A DNA stretch of 64,000 bases, from positions 7,684 through 71,683 of the forward strand of contig JALOTP010000004.1 of the NCBI GenBank assembly GCA_025457865.1. The letters run 5' to 3'. Numbering within the stretch: the first letter of the stretch is position 1; each line of letters begins with the position of its first letter. Position numbers and translations under genes: made by a program. Below are positions 27,121 through 37,749 of the stretch, one piece after another. The DNA comes from Thermoplasmatota archaeon (GTDB lineage: Archaea > Thermoplasmatota > Penumbrarchaeia > Penumbrarchaeales > Penumbrarchaeaceae). A model generated the notes under the pieces. That model saw only the letters and a list, made by a program, of their open reading frames with translations. It was not told the DNA's origin and searched no databases.

Positions 27121-30100
27121 ATGCTATTTAAAGGGTTAATGAAGGTTCGGGAGGTCCTATGGCCCCTAACGACGGTAGCGGTCGTTCTGCTTGCATCTTT
27201 CTCAGTGCTGATCCTGGTAGAGCAGGCCAGGAGCGCAGAGGGGGCCATCCTCTTCGTTGGCAAGACCTCGACCTACTCTTCCATAGGCGATGCATTGAGC
27301 GCTGCAAAGGCTGGGGATACCATCGTTATTGGGCCTGGCCAGTACAACGAATCCATTTCGATCGATAAGGACAAGGTCACCATTCTCGGCAATGGATCTG
27401 CCCAGACCACGATAAGAGGTCAGGCTGGCCTTCCCACGATGGAAATCAGGTCGGATGATGTCACCATATCTGGACTGAGGATAGAGGACGGGGCCATAAT
27501 AAGCTCCTCCAGAAACCTGACCCTTGTCAACCTGACCATAGATTGCAGCACGGACCCGGCGGTGGACCTGACCAATACCGAGAACTGCACCATAACGGAC
27601 ACCACATTTCTGAGCACTCTCGGCAAAGCGATATCGTCCACCGGAACGAAGTACACCCGACTTAACAGGGTCAGTTCGGTGGCCGGGACGCTCCTATATT
27701 CGACCAATAGCCTCTCAACCTATGTGACGGATTGCGTGTTCGGTTCGGAGGACACAGGCCTGGTCATATTGTCGTCAAAACGGGTGCAGGTGGAACTCAG
27801 AAGCTCGATGACCATCAAAGGCAGCCCTGCTGCGTCCTTCCAAACCGTATCCGACATCATCTTTGGCGGCGGGACCCTGGTCCAGGACGCTGACGGGCAG
27901 TGCCCCATCATCTTTAGCGCATGCGATAACGTATCCGTGATCGACCTAGACCTCTCGTACCTTCGGACCATGGTTGAGGGGTTGACATTCACAGGTTGCA
28001 GCAGGATCAAGGTTGAGGACCTGTCCTTTGCAGCGGGGTCGTCCATCTGGGCGATAGGCCTTACCGACACAGATGGTGTCCTTGTCGAGAACAGCACCTT
28101 CATTTCGAACCAGGAGGCCTCCACTCACATCAAGGTCAGTGGCATCGTCACTGATATGTCGGTCAAGAACTGCTCGTTCACGTTGAAAGGGAGCGGTTCA
28201 ACGGCGGTCAACATCGGTCAGAACAGCAAGGTGGAGGTCATAAAGAGCTCTTTTTTCATAGAGTCGGAATGGTCCATAGGGATAACATTGGGCGGAAAAG
28301 GGTGCATGCTCAGAGGGAACACCTACTATGTGAGCGATGACCTATCCATAGGGGCGAACATAACCGGTTGGAAAAACCATCTCAAAGGTGAGGTCATGTT
28401 CGTATCAGGGACCTCATCAGTAGGCATCTTCTCAGAGAACGCCGTCTATCTGGACATAAATGGAGCAAGGATAAGGGTGACCGGGACGTCCGCTGTCGGT
28501 ATGGACCTGAAGACCCCTGTGACCTGCCTAATAAACGCGACCATCGTCAACGTCACTGAGGACGGTGGTCCGTGCCTCTCTGCCAATAATAGTGACCTGG
28601 TCGTAAGTAACTCGACGTTCAATACAAGGTCCGACTCCCCATCTGTCCTTCTGAACAATGGGAGAGGAACAATTTCTGATACTTGGTTCCATGGCAGCGC
28701 ACGCGGATTGAACATTTTGAACTGCAATGGTGTCAATATCCACCGTTCGACAATGAACGGATTGGTCCCATGCTCGGTCAGCGGGTCCGACAACGTTAGG
28801 ATATCCAACAGTGACCTTTTCGACCTGTTCCTACCCGTGGATGGTGTCAGGGCAGGTGTTGGGAGCAATGTGTTCCTCCATGATTCCCATTTCGAAGGGC
28901 TCTACTGCGATGGTACCTCCGAGATAACGGTCTCGAACTCCATCATCATCAGGACCCTGACAAAGGAGTTGGTCCCGCTACCCGGGGTGGATATTGAGGC
29001 CATATCGGACGGTAGCACCATCTATCAGACCGGACATTTCACACAGTGGGCCGAGCCTAGGACAGACGATGATGGTCTCATAAGGCCACTGAGCATGACC
29101 TATGCCAAGTACATCCGTTCGGACCACCCTATGCATCCGGTGAACACTGTCGAGGTCTTCAAAGAGGGAACGGCACCTGAAAAATGGTCGATGACCTATC
29201 CGGTGAACGCTTCGGAGATAAGGACCATTGACCTCATCTCCCCGGATATCGACCTGCCCCAGGTCCCGAAGAACCTGACAGTGACGCATTTGGTTACAAG
29301 AGAGGCGTTGTTCCTCAACTGGGAGCTTAACCAGGACGATACGACGGAATACTGGGTCCATAAGCTTGACGAAGGTACTGGCAATATGGTGCTCGTGGAA
29401 AAGGTTGACGGGAACACAGCCTCTTACACGACCGATGACCTGGGGGAGAGGGTTAACGCCACGTTCGAACTGAGGGCGTGGGACGGGACCTATCTCTCCG
29501 CGCCCTCGAACAGGGCATTCGCCATCACAGTGGACCTGACCCCTCCCCCCACCCCCACCGGACTGATCGCCGGGACCATCACCGACTCGACCGTCCAGTT
29601 TTCATGGGAGCATCCTGGCAGTGACGACCTCTCCCACTTCGAGGTCCAAATGAACAAGACCAGCACGAGCGCGCTCTTCCAGGTCGTTGGAACGGCCAGC
29701 CCAGTAGAAAGGACAATTACCATCCCAGGGCTCACATGGAACACCTGGTACTACTTCAGGGTCAGGGCCTATGACCTATCAGGGAACGGTTCGCCTTCCT
29801 CAACCTCACTGCCGGTCCTGACAGAGTACCCGCCACTTGAGGTCATCGTCCAGGTCAACTTCGCTGACGAAGGCCCTTATGCTGGTGAGCCTGCGAACGA
29901 TTCCGCAGTGAGGATGTACCTATCCTCCGGTACGCTCTATGGCACTTTCTCCACGGATGGCCTTGGAAGGTGCAGTATCATTGGATTGGTCCCGGACCAG
30001 GACTATTATATTGAAGCCCTCCCGCCTGTTGGCACCGAAGGCGTGGAAAGGACAAGACCCGGATATCTGAGAGCGACCTCGATGGTCTTTTCCATGGCCG

Positions 30101-31053
30101 CAGGGAGTCCCACTGAGGAGCTTGAGCTGGTCCTTCCATATCAAAGACCGATCGTCATAGGCCTCATAAAGGTCAGGGTGGAGTTCGGGCAGGGACCTAG
30201 GACCGGACCTGTGCACCTGTCGAGGATATCACTTATCGATGGTAACGGTGCGGTGCTTCGCACCGTCCTTGGGTCCGGAGAGGGCACTGCATCGTTCTCG
30301 ATATCCGACCTCCCCTTCTCCGGGAAGGTGAGCGCAAGACCACCGGAGGACCTTGAGGGGAACCCATCGATGAACGTGGCTGGTTATCTGGAGGCGATCT
30401 CAGGGCAGCTCAACATCACATCTGAGGCACCAACACCGGACACGGTCCTGCTTTCGTTGACATATTACGAAGGCTTCGTACCTCCAAGGTATCTCTACAT
30501 TTCCAGGAAGATGCCGACCGGTTCATCTGTCAATCTGGACGCTCCCCTTTCCATCACCTTCGACCAGCCCGTCAACAGGACCTCCATAGAGGCGGCTTTG
30601 AGTGTGGACCCACCCCTTTCCACGCCACTGATCACTTGGTCGAAGGACGGTACGACCATCGTCATAGACCATGCAGGTCTGCTGCCCATAACATCATACC
30701 AGGTATCCGTAGGGACCAAAGCGGTATCCCTGAACGGAACGTCATTCCCTGTGGGCTATACAGAGAACACCTGGACCTTCAGGACCACTGGCGAACCGGG
30801 GAAGGACCACCCTGATGGACCGGACCTATTGATGGTCCTTCTGATAGCCATAGCCGTCACTGCGCTCCTGGTCGGGGCTGTCATATGGATAATGTCCATC
30901 AGGAACAAAGAGGAGGCCGATTACCAGGACGATGAGCTCATGGAGGAAGCATTGAAGGAACCCGATGGTCTAACAATCCAGGAATATCCGTCCGACCTCG
31001 TTGACGGTATGGTGACCGGTATGCCAAGGGGCTCCGAGACGCTCGAGGAATGA
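27121..31053 (+). CDS. Giant secreted, C-terminally anchored protein with a right-handed beta-helix (PbH1/NosD-like) region, two fibronectin-III-like domains and Ig-like (SbsA/Big_5-type) domains
   Basis: - Signal/anchor: VLWPLTTVAVVLLASFSVLILV.
- Start of the NosD-like region: TYSSIGDALSAAKAGDTIVIGPGQYNESISI, followed by many N.S/T-rich beta-helix turns.
- FN3-like blocks: PKNLTVTHLV...LNWELN, and PPTPTGLIAGTITDSTVQFSWEHP...WYYFRVRAYDLSGNGSP.
- TM helix LLMVLLIAIAVTALLVGAVIWIM, with a tail ending ...SETLEE.
- AGGTGG lies 4 nt upstream of ATG 27121. Confidence 0.8.
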   Translation: MLFKGLMKVREVLWPLTTVAVVLLASFSVLILVEQARSAEGAILFVGKTSTYSSIGDALSAAKAGDTIVIGPGQYNESISIDKDKVTILGNGSAQTTIRGQAGLPTMEIRSDDVTISGLRIEDGAIISSSRNLTLVNLTIDCSTDPAVDLTNTENCTITDTTFLSTLGKAISSTGTKYTRLNRVSSVAGTLLYSTNSLSTYVTDCVFGSEDTGLVILSSKRVQVELRSSMTIKGSPAASFQTVSDIIFGGGTLVQDADGQCPIIFSACDNVSVIDLDLSYLRTMVEGLTFTGCSRIKVEDLSFAAGSSIWAIGLTDTDGVLVENSTFISNQEASTHIKVSGIVTDMSVKNCSFTLKGSGSTAVNIGQNSKVEVIKSSFFIESEWSIGITLGGKGCMLRGNTYYVSDDLSIGANITGWKNHLKGEVMFVSGTSSVGIFSENAVYLDINGARIRVTGTSAVGMDLKTPVTCLINATIVNVTEDGGPCLSANNSDLVVSNSTFNTRSDSPSVLLNNGRGTISDTWFHGSARGLNILNCNGVNIHRSTMNGLVPCSVSGSDNVRISNSDLFDLFLPVDGVRAGVGSNVFLHDSHFEGLYCDGTSEITVSNSIIIRTLTKELVPLPGVDIEAISDGSTIYQTGHFTQWAEPRTDDDGLIRPLSMTYAKYIRSDHPMHPVNTVEVFKEGTAPEKWSMTYPVNASEIRTIDLISPDIDLPQVPKNLTVTHLVTREALFLNWELNQDDTTEYWVHKLDEGTGNMVLVEKVDGNTASYTTDDLGERVNATFELRAWDGTYLSAPSNRAFAITVDLTPPPTPTGLIAGTITDSTVQFSWEHPGSDDLSHFEVQMNKTSTSALFQVVGTASPVERTITIPGLTWNTWYYFRVRAYDLSGNGSPSSTSLPVLTEYPPLEVIVQVNFADEGPYAGEPANDSAVRMYLSSGTLYGTFSTDGLGRCSIIGLVPDQDYYIEALPPVGTEGVERTRPGYLRATSMVFSMAAGSPTEELELVLPYQRPIVIGLIKVRVEFGQGPRTGPVHLSRISLIDGNGAVLRTVLGSGEGTASFSISDLPFSGKVSARPPEDLEGNPSMNVAGYLEAISGQLNITSEAPTPDTVLLSLTYYEGFVPPRYLYISRKMPTGSSVNLDAPLSITFDQPVNRTSIEAALSVDPPLSTPLITWSKDGTTIVIDHAGLLPITSYQVSVGTKAVSLNGTSFPVGYTENTWTFRTTGEPGKDHPDGPDLLMVLLIAIAVTALLVGAVIWIMSIRNKEEADYQDDELMEEALKEPDGLTIQEYPSDLVDGMVTGMPRGSETLEE

Positions 31054-31068
31054 TCAAGTACCGATACC

Positions 31069-31635
31069 TCAGGGCCTCTCCTTGGACGGGTCCTCGAGAA
31101 CTATAAGGTCCAGATGGACCAGGTAGGCTAGGAACTTGGTAAGTCTTGGATAGAGAGGTTCGGCCCTCCTCCCGAACCTTGCCTTGAGCCCCTCTCCTAC
31201 GGACATGACGTCCCTTTTTCCGTCGCAAAGCTCCCAAACGGCCCATCCGAACGTATCCAGGCGGACCTTTCTCTCCTTCCTGAGGCGAAGGAGCGAAGCG
31301 AACCTGTTGCCCATCCTGCTCTTGTAGATCGGGACGAGGAGGAACTTGCCCTTCCTGCCGAACCTCCCGGTCCTTGCCGGTACCATGTCCAAGAGGTTCC
31401 GGTACATGGGATCGTTGGATGCCTCATCGAAGGCCTCTTCCACTTCCTTATCTCCGGGTGGAGGGCCTTTCAGTCCCTTCAAGAGGCCACCGACCTCTTT
31501 CACCCTGCCAGATACGAGCTCATCGTCGGAGGACCTCCACCAGCCTCTGTTCACTTTCTGTCCATCGGCCCCTTCAGTTCCTTGGTCCGCAGGCTTGGAG
31601 GTCCTTTCCCTGGCGAGAGGGGGCATGGAGGTCAT
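31069..31635 (-). CDS. PqqD-family (RRE-like) protein with a basic, disordered N-terminal half
   Basis: The C-terminal ~90 aa (KFLLVPIYKSRMGN...VRLDTFGWAVWELCDGKRDVMSVGEGLKARFGRRAEPLYPRLTKFLAYLVHLDLIVLED) fit the PqqD pattern. I trimmed the start to ATG 31635, directly after the OPT stop codon. Confidence 0.5.
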   Translation of the reverse strand: MTSMPPLARERTSKPADQGTEGADGQKVNRGWWRSSDDELVSGRVKEVGGLLKGLKGPPPGDKEVEEAFDEASNDPMYRNLLDMVPARTGRFGRKGKFLLVPIYKSRMGNRFASLLRLRKERKVRLDTFGWAVWELCDGKRDVMSVGEGLKARFGRRAEPLYPRLTKFLAYLVHLDLIVLEDPSKERP

Positions 31636-31636
31636 C

Positions 31637-33655
31637 TCACTTCCTGAACATGCCCTTGATAACTGCCATTGTCTGACCACCGCTGAGTTCGCCCAGGTGG
31701 TCCCTGATGACAAGGTAGAGGATCAATCCCATCAAATAGATGAATGCCAGAAGCCCAGGTATCATGGAGGGGTCGCTGAAGAAGGCGAAGACGCCCGGGC
31801 CGCCAACGATGATGATGACGGCAACGACAACACCCATTATCGCCTCGCCGGCAACGAGACCTGCGGCGAAGAGCAGGCCTTTGTTGTAGACCTCCTCCTT
31901 AGTGGAATTGATCCTGGCCTCCACATCCTTCTCAGGCAGTCCCTTCGTATCAAAGAGCCTCACCTTCCTGGCGATGAAGCGTTCGGTCAGGAGCCCTATG
32001 ACACCCCCAAGGAATATGGGGGTCGTCAGGGTGAACGGAAGGTATATGCCTATGGCGACGGCCATCACGGGCAGCTTCATTATGATGAGGACGACGGCCA
32101 GAACCACACCTATGGCAAGCATTATGATATTGAAATCACCGTTGAATATCGCATGGACCGTCGAGCCCATTATGACGGCCTGCGGGGAAGGCAGCGATGG
32201 CGTTCCTATCCCGTAGGCCTTGGCAAGCAGGGCGACTATGATCGGGATGGAAACGGCGCCCACGATGACCCCTATGAACCTGCCCCACTGTATCCTGATG
32301 GGTGTGGCACCGAGGATCTGTGCGGTCTTGAGCTCCTGCATCGAATCACCGGCTATGGCCGCACTGCAGCAGACGACGGCAGCGACCAGGATGGTGGCGG
32401 TCATCCCAAGGCTTATGCCCAGGTGAGCGAATCCGATGGCATCCAATCCCATAAGGAGAAGGGCAGTGATGACAAGGGTCGTGATGGTCACCGAGGAGAT
32501 GGGATTGTTGGAGGAGCCTACTATGCCCGCAAGGTATCCTGCAACGGCAGTGAACACGAAAGTGGCGATCACCATTATGATGGTCAGGACCGGTGATGCG
32601 ACCGGTTCGAACCCTGTGACGTAGAGGTAGAGCCCAAGGACACCGAGCCCTATGATGACCAGATAGACCATGGAGACCCTGAAGTCCCTCTCCGTCCGGA
32701 GCGGGGCCGGTGCCGATTCGTCCTTCTTCTTGCCCGAAAGGGTCTGTTTGATGGACTGGAGCAGGGTCTTCCTAAGCTTCCATAAGGTGAACATTCCACC
32801 GGTCAGGACGGCACCGATGCCTATCCATTTCGTCTCATCGAACCATATAGTATAGATCGCTCCTATGGGGTCACCCGCGGGCCATCCCTTTATGAGCCCC
32901 ACAAGCGGGATGGCGATGACCCATCCCAGTATTCCACCGGCAAAGACGATGAGGGATATCTTGAAACCTATGATGTACCCGACACCGAGCAGGGCGGGAG
33001 AGACATTGACCCCGCCGAAGAACCTGATCCGGCCTCTGGGGAAGACCGTTTCAACCCTCTCCTTCCAGAGGGAGAGGCCCGATTCGGCCGCGAACTTCAT
33101 GAAAGCGCCTATGCCGGCGGCTATGATGATGTAGTTCATACCCCTGCCCCTCTTCTCCATGACCTTTAGGACCTCCGCGGCCGCTACACCTTCAGGGTAT
33201 GGTAGGTCTAGGTCCTGGATGAAGACCTTGCGGAGAGGGATGGTGAAGAGGATGCCGAAGAGGCCGCCAATGAGGGCTATTGCCACCATTATTAGCAGCC
33301 TCTCCATTGACATCATCTCGTCCCATCCGGCGCTGCCTCCCGTGATGCTGTTGATGACTATGAGCGCAGGGAAGGTGAAGATGATGCCCGCAGCCAGGGC
33401 CTCGCCGGCCACACCTATGTTCTTGGACATGTTTATCTCGAGGATGGTCCCCTTGAACGCCTTGAGTATGACCAGGGCGAAAACAAGTGAGGGAATAGTA
33501 GCGGAAACCGTCATACCGACGAAAAGGCCCAGGTAAGCGTTGGCGGCACCCATCACGATGGTGATTATTATGCCGACAAGGATCGCCTTGAAGGTGAACT
33601 CCGGGACATCGCTCTCGGGAGGGATGTAAGGTACGAACGGTTTTGACATCTTCAT
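31637..33655 (-). CDS. OPT-superfamily oligopeptide transporter
   Basis: PEFTFKAILVGIIITIVMGAANAYLGLFVGMTVSATIPS...GVAGEALAAGIIFTFPAL. It is polytopic throughout its 672 aa, characteristic of the OPT family. Confidence 0.85.
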   Translation of the reverse strand: MKMSKPFVPYIPPESDVPEFTFKAILVGIIITIVMGAANAYLGLFVGMTVSATIPSLVFALVILKAFKGTILEINMSKNIGVAGEALAAGIIFTFPALIVINSITGGSAGWDEMMSMERLLIMVAIALIGGLFGILFTIPLRKVFIQDLDLPYPEGVAAAEVLKVMEKRGRGMNYIIIAAGIGAFMKFAAESGLSLWKERVETVFPRGRIRFFGGVNVSPALLGVGYIIGFKISLIVFAGGILGWVIAIPLVGLIKGWPAGDPIGAIYTIWFDETKWIGIGAVLTGGMFTLWKLRKTLLQSIKQTLSGKKKDESAPAPLRTERDFRVSMVYLVIIGLGVLGLYLYVTGFEPVASPVLTIIMVIATFVFTAVAGYLAGIVGSSNNPISSVTITTLVITALLLMGLDAIGFAHLGISLGMTATILVAAVVCCSAAIAGDSMQELKTAQILGATPIRIQWGRFIGVIVGAVSIPIIVALLAKAYGIGTPSLPSPQAVIMGSTVHAIFNGDFNIIMLAIGVVLAVVLIIMKLPVMAVAIGIYLPFTLTTPIFLGGVIGLLTERFIARKVRLFDTKGLPEKDVEARINSTKEEVYNKGLLFAAGLVAGEAIMGVVVAVIIIVGGPGVFAFFSDPSMIPGLLAFIYLMGLILYLVIRDHLGELSGGQTMAVIKGMFRK

Positions 33656-33660
33656 CCCTC

Positions 33661-34272
33661 CTATCCCTGTTCTTCCTTGGCAGGGCTTCCCATCTGGTAG
33701 TAGTCGTAATCTATCATCAGATCATAGACATTGCCGTCATCCCTCAGGCCTATGGCCCCTATACCAATATTGGGGACCCACATACCAGCAGAGTCCATCG
33801 TTACTGTGATGCTTATGTTCTGGGCCCCACCCATGACCATCAGTTCCTCATCGGTGAATGTTATTGTAAGGTCTATCCTGCCCTCGCCACCCTGCGGATT
33901 GGAGCCAGATCCAGTAACGGTCCTATTGGCACTCTCGATGATAAGAGTGAAGGCATCTGGCTGGTTCTCGTGCCTCCGCACCCTCCTTGCAGGGGGATTG
34001 GTCTCGTCCGTCCATGTGATGGTTGCGTTGATTGTCCGGATGACCTTGTCCGGAGATTCCAGTTCCTTTGTCCGGCTGGTCCCAACTGTAAGTTCGCCTG
34101 AGTCGCTATCTGTCCCCTTTACAAGTATCTGGTCCACCCACCAACCATCTCCATCCACTGGGGTAGAAGGGCCGACGATATCGGCCCCTCCGACGAAGGC
34201 TGCGACCATCATGACCAGAAAGACCCCCGCACCCATAGAGCCCACGATGGTATCGTTCCTTTTAAGGGACAT
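33661..34272 (-). CDS. N-terminally anchored extracytoplasmic protein (hypothetical)
   Basis: MSLKRNDTIVGSMGAGVFLVMMVAAFVGG is a signal-anchor. The rest is beta-rich with no motif I recognise. I trimmed the start to ATG 34272, downstream of the preceding gene's stop at 34364. Confidence 0.5.
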   Translation of the reverse strand: MSLKRNDTIVGSMGAGVFLVMMVAAFVGGADIVGPSTPVDGDGWWVDQILVKGTDSDSGELTVGTSRTKELESPDKVIRTINATITWTDETNPPARRVRRHENQPDAFTLIIESANRTVTGSGSNPQGGEGRIDLTITFTDEELMVMGGAQNISITVTMDSAGMWVPNIGIGAIGLRDDGNVYDLMIDYDYYQMGSPAKEEQG

Positions 34273-34363
34273 GCCAGAACCTCCGAGCAAGAAGGCATAA
34301 CAGGAGCACCCACAGGCCCCAAGGGGGGTAGAACGACTATCCAGATATAAATGTTGAGAGTAC

Positions 34364-37300
34364 TCACTCTTCGTCTGCCCAGTCGGCATCCACATCGCTG
34401 TAATCGATGTCCGGCCTCTCTTCGAGCCTCCTCCTCTGGGCCCTCATGTAGAGGAACCCCCCGACCATGATGGCCAGTATGATGAGGATGAGCACGACTG
34501 CTATAGCGATCATCAACGGGTCCAGGCCATCATCTCCGTCCTGACCCTGTTCGGATTTCACCTTGACGTCGTATGTCCGCTCGTATGCTGCCGGTCCGCC
34601 CGGGATGCCTATGGCAACGATAACCTGATGATCGCCTGTCACATCAGGAGCATCGAAGGTGAGGTTGAAGCTGCCGTCAGGGAGCACCGTTGTACTGTGG
34701 ACGACGGATGACCCGCCCTTCATAACAGTGACCACCACCTCATATCCGATGGAGTTTGGGGACGATCCCGTGATCCTGACCTGGGAGCCCTTGACCCAGT
34801 TCATTTCGGGCAGCATCTGGAAACTTTCGGGGGCATGGGACAGAGAATAGTTCGATCCTATCCTGTAATCGAGGGAGAACGAGGTCCTCAGGGGTTCGCC
34901 ACCAGTTCCGTACTGGCCGACGGGCAGGCCCAGTTCGAAGGACTGCCCTGACCTGTAGAGGGCGGAAACCCAGAGCTCGCTCGAACTGGGCCAGTCGTAC
35001 CTGATGCCTGTCGGTAAGGGCGTTATCTGCAAAGAGGCCACAAGTAGAGTTATGTTGACCCTTGTGCTGAACTCGAGCTTGATTATACCATCGAGTGGCA
35101 TCGAGGACAGCTGAGAGTCGGCTGGCCCTTTCAATGTTACGAGCAGCGCGGGAGGTCTGACCGTGAACAACGTTATGTTCCCTACAGGTAGGACAGGCCC
35201 GCCCGAGCGGAGAAGGAGATTGTTGGAGACCTCTATCCTGTAGGCCTCACCCTCCGTTAGATCGTTCGCCGGGTCAAAGACGATGGTCCTGTTGTCGGCG
35301 CTGACCGTATGGGCTCCGTTCACAGGGGCGCTCGAACCGGAAGGGATGACCTTCAGGAGCTTCCCCCATCCGTCACCCGGGTCCATGACGGGTTCGGCGA
35401 AGCTGTAAGTGATGTTCGTCCCAGGTTCTGCTCCGGTCATCCCCCCGCCTGGCGTGACGCTGTACCAGCCCGGGATCAGGTATAGGACCGTTGTTCCTGC
35501 CTCAATTATCTTCCCTGCGGTAAAGGTGAGCTCTTTTAAGACATCCTGGTATCCCATGCCAGAGAGGTTGGTCCTGAGCGTATGGGAGACTGAGGCCGTT
35601 GAGAGGTCCACTGTGATATTGAACGCGCCCGATGCATCGGTCCTTCCCGAGAAGGGTCCAAGGGTCAGGACAAGGTCCTTGTAGGGCTTCCCTTCAAGGA
35701 GCACCGATCCCCTGACGTAGGAAAGTGGATGGTCCGGTGTCCTGAAACCGTAGACCAGGTCCCTCCATAGGACAGGTGCAAGGTCGTCCAAGGCCTGGAG
35801 TGCATCGTCTATGACAAGCTCGAACCCGGTCTCCATGGGGAGCTTACCGGGTATGTTCACGACATAGGTGAGGGCCTCGGACCCCTTGGTGGGTGCTGCG
35901 AGCTCTATGATGGCATCCCTCTCACCGGACCCGTCCAGGGTCCAGAGCTTCACGTCAAGGGATTGGAACTTGATCTCCTCTGGAACACTTATTATGAGGT
36001 CCGTGTCGGGATCGACCAGACCGTTACCAAGAGGCAGGGTCGGTGTCACCGTTACCGGCAAAGGGTCCGCGATCAACCGGAGGGTGAACTCGTTCATCTT
36101 CCCCGCCTTGACAATAGCTATATCGATCCGTGAGCTGTGCCGAAGGGCGGAACCCTTGAGGTTGACGTTCCCTGCCCTTACCCTTGGAAAGAGGACCTTC
36201 CCGTCCGGCCCTGTCGTCATGTTGAGCTCGTCATCGTTAAGGAGAGATGAAAGAACCTTCACAGTTGCACCCGGTATGGCCCCAGCCTCCGATACGATGG
36301 TGACCTCCAGAGAGCCCCTTGGCTTCGGGTCCACCGGAAGGGACCCGAGCTCTGACGAGGTACCTTTGGCCACGCTGATGCCAGGGATGGAGGTCGCATT
36401 GAAAAGGTAGCTGTCAAGGACCTCGAGCCTGTAGGTGCCTTTAGGCACCAGTGGGAAGCGGAAATGACCCGTCTCATTGGCGGTCAGCCTCTGGTCGGAG
36501 AGGAGGAGCTTGGCCCCCCAGGCGCCTTCGCCGGTGATGGAATCCACGAGCCTGCCAGAAACTGAACCGGGGGGAAGCTCGGTCCTGAACCTCACTTCCA
36601 TGGCCCTCCATAGGGGCCTTCCCCCGCCCTTGGTCTGGAGCGATGTGTCCAGTCTGAGGAAATGGTTCGTATCGTATGCCAGGTCCTCCGTCATCACTAT
36701 GGATACGGTCCTGTCATCCGGTGCGGGTGTAAGAGATATGGGCAAAGGCGTGGTCCCGTCCGTTGAAAGCCTGTAATTCGAGGGGTCCGTGATGGATGCC
36801 CTGTCCATGACCGTTCCGAAATCCACCTTGATACCGTTCGACACGTTCACGTCGTAGGCCCCGTCGATGGGGTCGGTCGTAAATGGCCAGGGGTCCTCCG
36901 TAAGGTCGAAGGTGACAAGGGTCGTACCGCCTTTATGGACGATCACATAGTTCTTCGGTTCTGTAGTGGAGAGGTCCTGGAAATGGAGCTTTTTTGCCTC
37001 CAAGGATGTGTTGACAGTCCTCACGTCCGTCCATGTCGCCTCACCCTTCACGTCCGTCAACTTTGAAAGCTCGAAGGGTGGCGTAAGGGGGTGATTGATA
37101 TGTTTTATGGTCACCACCGCGTTCTGTATGGGTGTCCCACCGGATGCGTTCATGATCCTCAAGGTAAGGTTCCCTATATCCTCTGTGAAGGCTTCGAGCC
37201 CCTTGTAGGGGATGTGATAGGTCTCTCCCGAAGAGATGTAATGGGGAACGAAGTAGGAGCCGGTGGTCATCCCAAGATAATAGGTCGGAGGGACCGAGAT

Positions 37301-37642
37301 CATATACTTGCTATTGAAGAGGTATTCTTTGGGATCGGTCGTGGAATTGGAATCGACCGTGATATTGAACGACCCGCTACTATCGGTGGACCCGTTGAAG
37401 TACTTCGGTTTGGTGTTCCAAGGGTCCTGAAACTCGGTAGGGGTGAGATCGACTATGATCTTGATCTCGACATGCATACCGGCTGTTCCGTTCACCAAGG
37501 TCCCCGCTATGTGAGCGTCCAGCAGGGGGAGGGGTGAATCCCCATCCACCTCTGCCTGCAGCGGAGAGAATGGTACCACCGCTAGGACCAGTGCGGTCAA
37601 GACCAACAGAGCAGTAATCGAGCTATACCTTGTTCCATGCAT
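34364..37642 (-). CDS. Giant surface (S-layer-like) protein with carboxypeptidase-regulatory-like and Ig-like (SbsA/Big_5-type) domains and a C-terminal anchor
   Basis: - Signal peptide: SITALLVLTALVLAVVPFSPLQA.
- Repeated G.V.D...G.P..GA.V-type beta-sandwich starts.
- Many N-x-S/T sequons.
- TM helix LMIAIAVVLILIILAIMVGGFLY, with a tail ending ...DADWADEE. Confidence 0.75.
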   Translation of the reverse strand: MHGTRYSSITALLVLTALVLAVVPFSPLQAEVDGDSPLPLLDAHIAGTLVNGTAGMHVEIKIIVDLTPTEFQDPWNTKPKYFNGSTDSSGSFNITVDSNSTTDPKEYLFNSKYMISVPPTYYLGMTTGSYFVPHYISSGETYHIPYKGLEAFTEDIGNLTLRIMNASGGTPIQNAVVTIKHINHPLTPPFELSKLTDVKGEATWTDVRTVNTSLEAKKLHFQDLSTTEPKNYVIVHKGGTTLVTFDLTEDPWPFTTDPIDGAYDVNVSNGIKVDFGTVMDRASITDPSNYRLSTDGTTPLPISLTPAPDDRTVSIVMTEDLAYDTNHFLRLDTSLQTKGGGRPLWRAMEVRFRTELPPGSVSGRLVDSITGEGAWGAKLLLSDQRLTANETGHFRFPLVPKGTYRLEVLDSYLFNATSIPGISVAKGTSSELGSLPVDPKPRGSLEVTIVSEAGAIPGATVKVLSSLLNDDELNMTTGPDGKVLFPRVRAGNVNLKGSALRHSSRIDIAIVKAGKMNEFTLRLIADPLPVTVTPTLPLGNGLVDPDTDLIISVPEEIKFQSLDVKLWTLDGSGERDAIIELAAPTKGSEALTYVVNIPGKLPMETGFELVIDDALQALDDLAPVLWRDLVYGFRTPDHPLSYVRGSVLLEGKPYKDLVLTLGPFSGRTDASGAFNITVDLSTASVSHTLRTNLSGMGYQDVLKELTFTAGKIIEAGTTVLYLIPGWYSVTPGGGMTGAEPGTNITYSFAEPVMDPGDGWGKLLKVIPSGSSAPVNGAHTVSADNRTIVFDPANDLTEGEAYRIEVSNNLLLRSGGPVLPVGNITLFTVRPPALLVTLKGPADSQLSSMPLDGIIKLEFSTRVNITLLVASLQITPLPTGIRYDWPSSSELWVSALYRSGQSFELGLPVGQYGTGGEPLRTSFSLDYRIGSNYSLSHAPESFQMLPEMNWVKGSQVRITGSSPNSIGYEVVVTVMKGGSSVVHSTTVLPDGSFNLTFDAPDVTGDHQVIVAIGIPGGPAAYERTYDVKVKSEQGQDGDDGLDPLMIAIAVVLILIILAIMVGGFLYMRAQRRRLEERPDIDYSDVDADWADEE

Positions 37643-37749
37643 GCCATTGCACCTTCCCGGTTCCGGGCGGCCCTGAAGGCCGTCCGTTTTGAAGCCCTTG
37701 GATAGGACCCGTTCCCATGAGATCGATCGATAGTTGAATTACCTGGAGA

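Noticed and set aside
31346-32596. A 416-aa + strand ORF, plus the other long antisense ORFs of the same kind: 3605..4345, 13882..14553, 19873..20595, 22364..23083, 43856..44719, 45713..46465 and 57165..58268.
   Set aside because: Each lies entirely antisense to a gene with strong family motifs (OPT, FAD oxidase, pyk, E1alpha, TSP3 protein, atpA, atpC/E, the 889-aa protein). Each translates to Arg/Gly/Pro/His-rich sequence typical of stop-poor antisense frames in GC-rich coding DNA.
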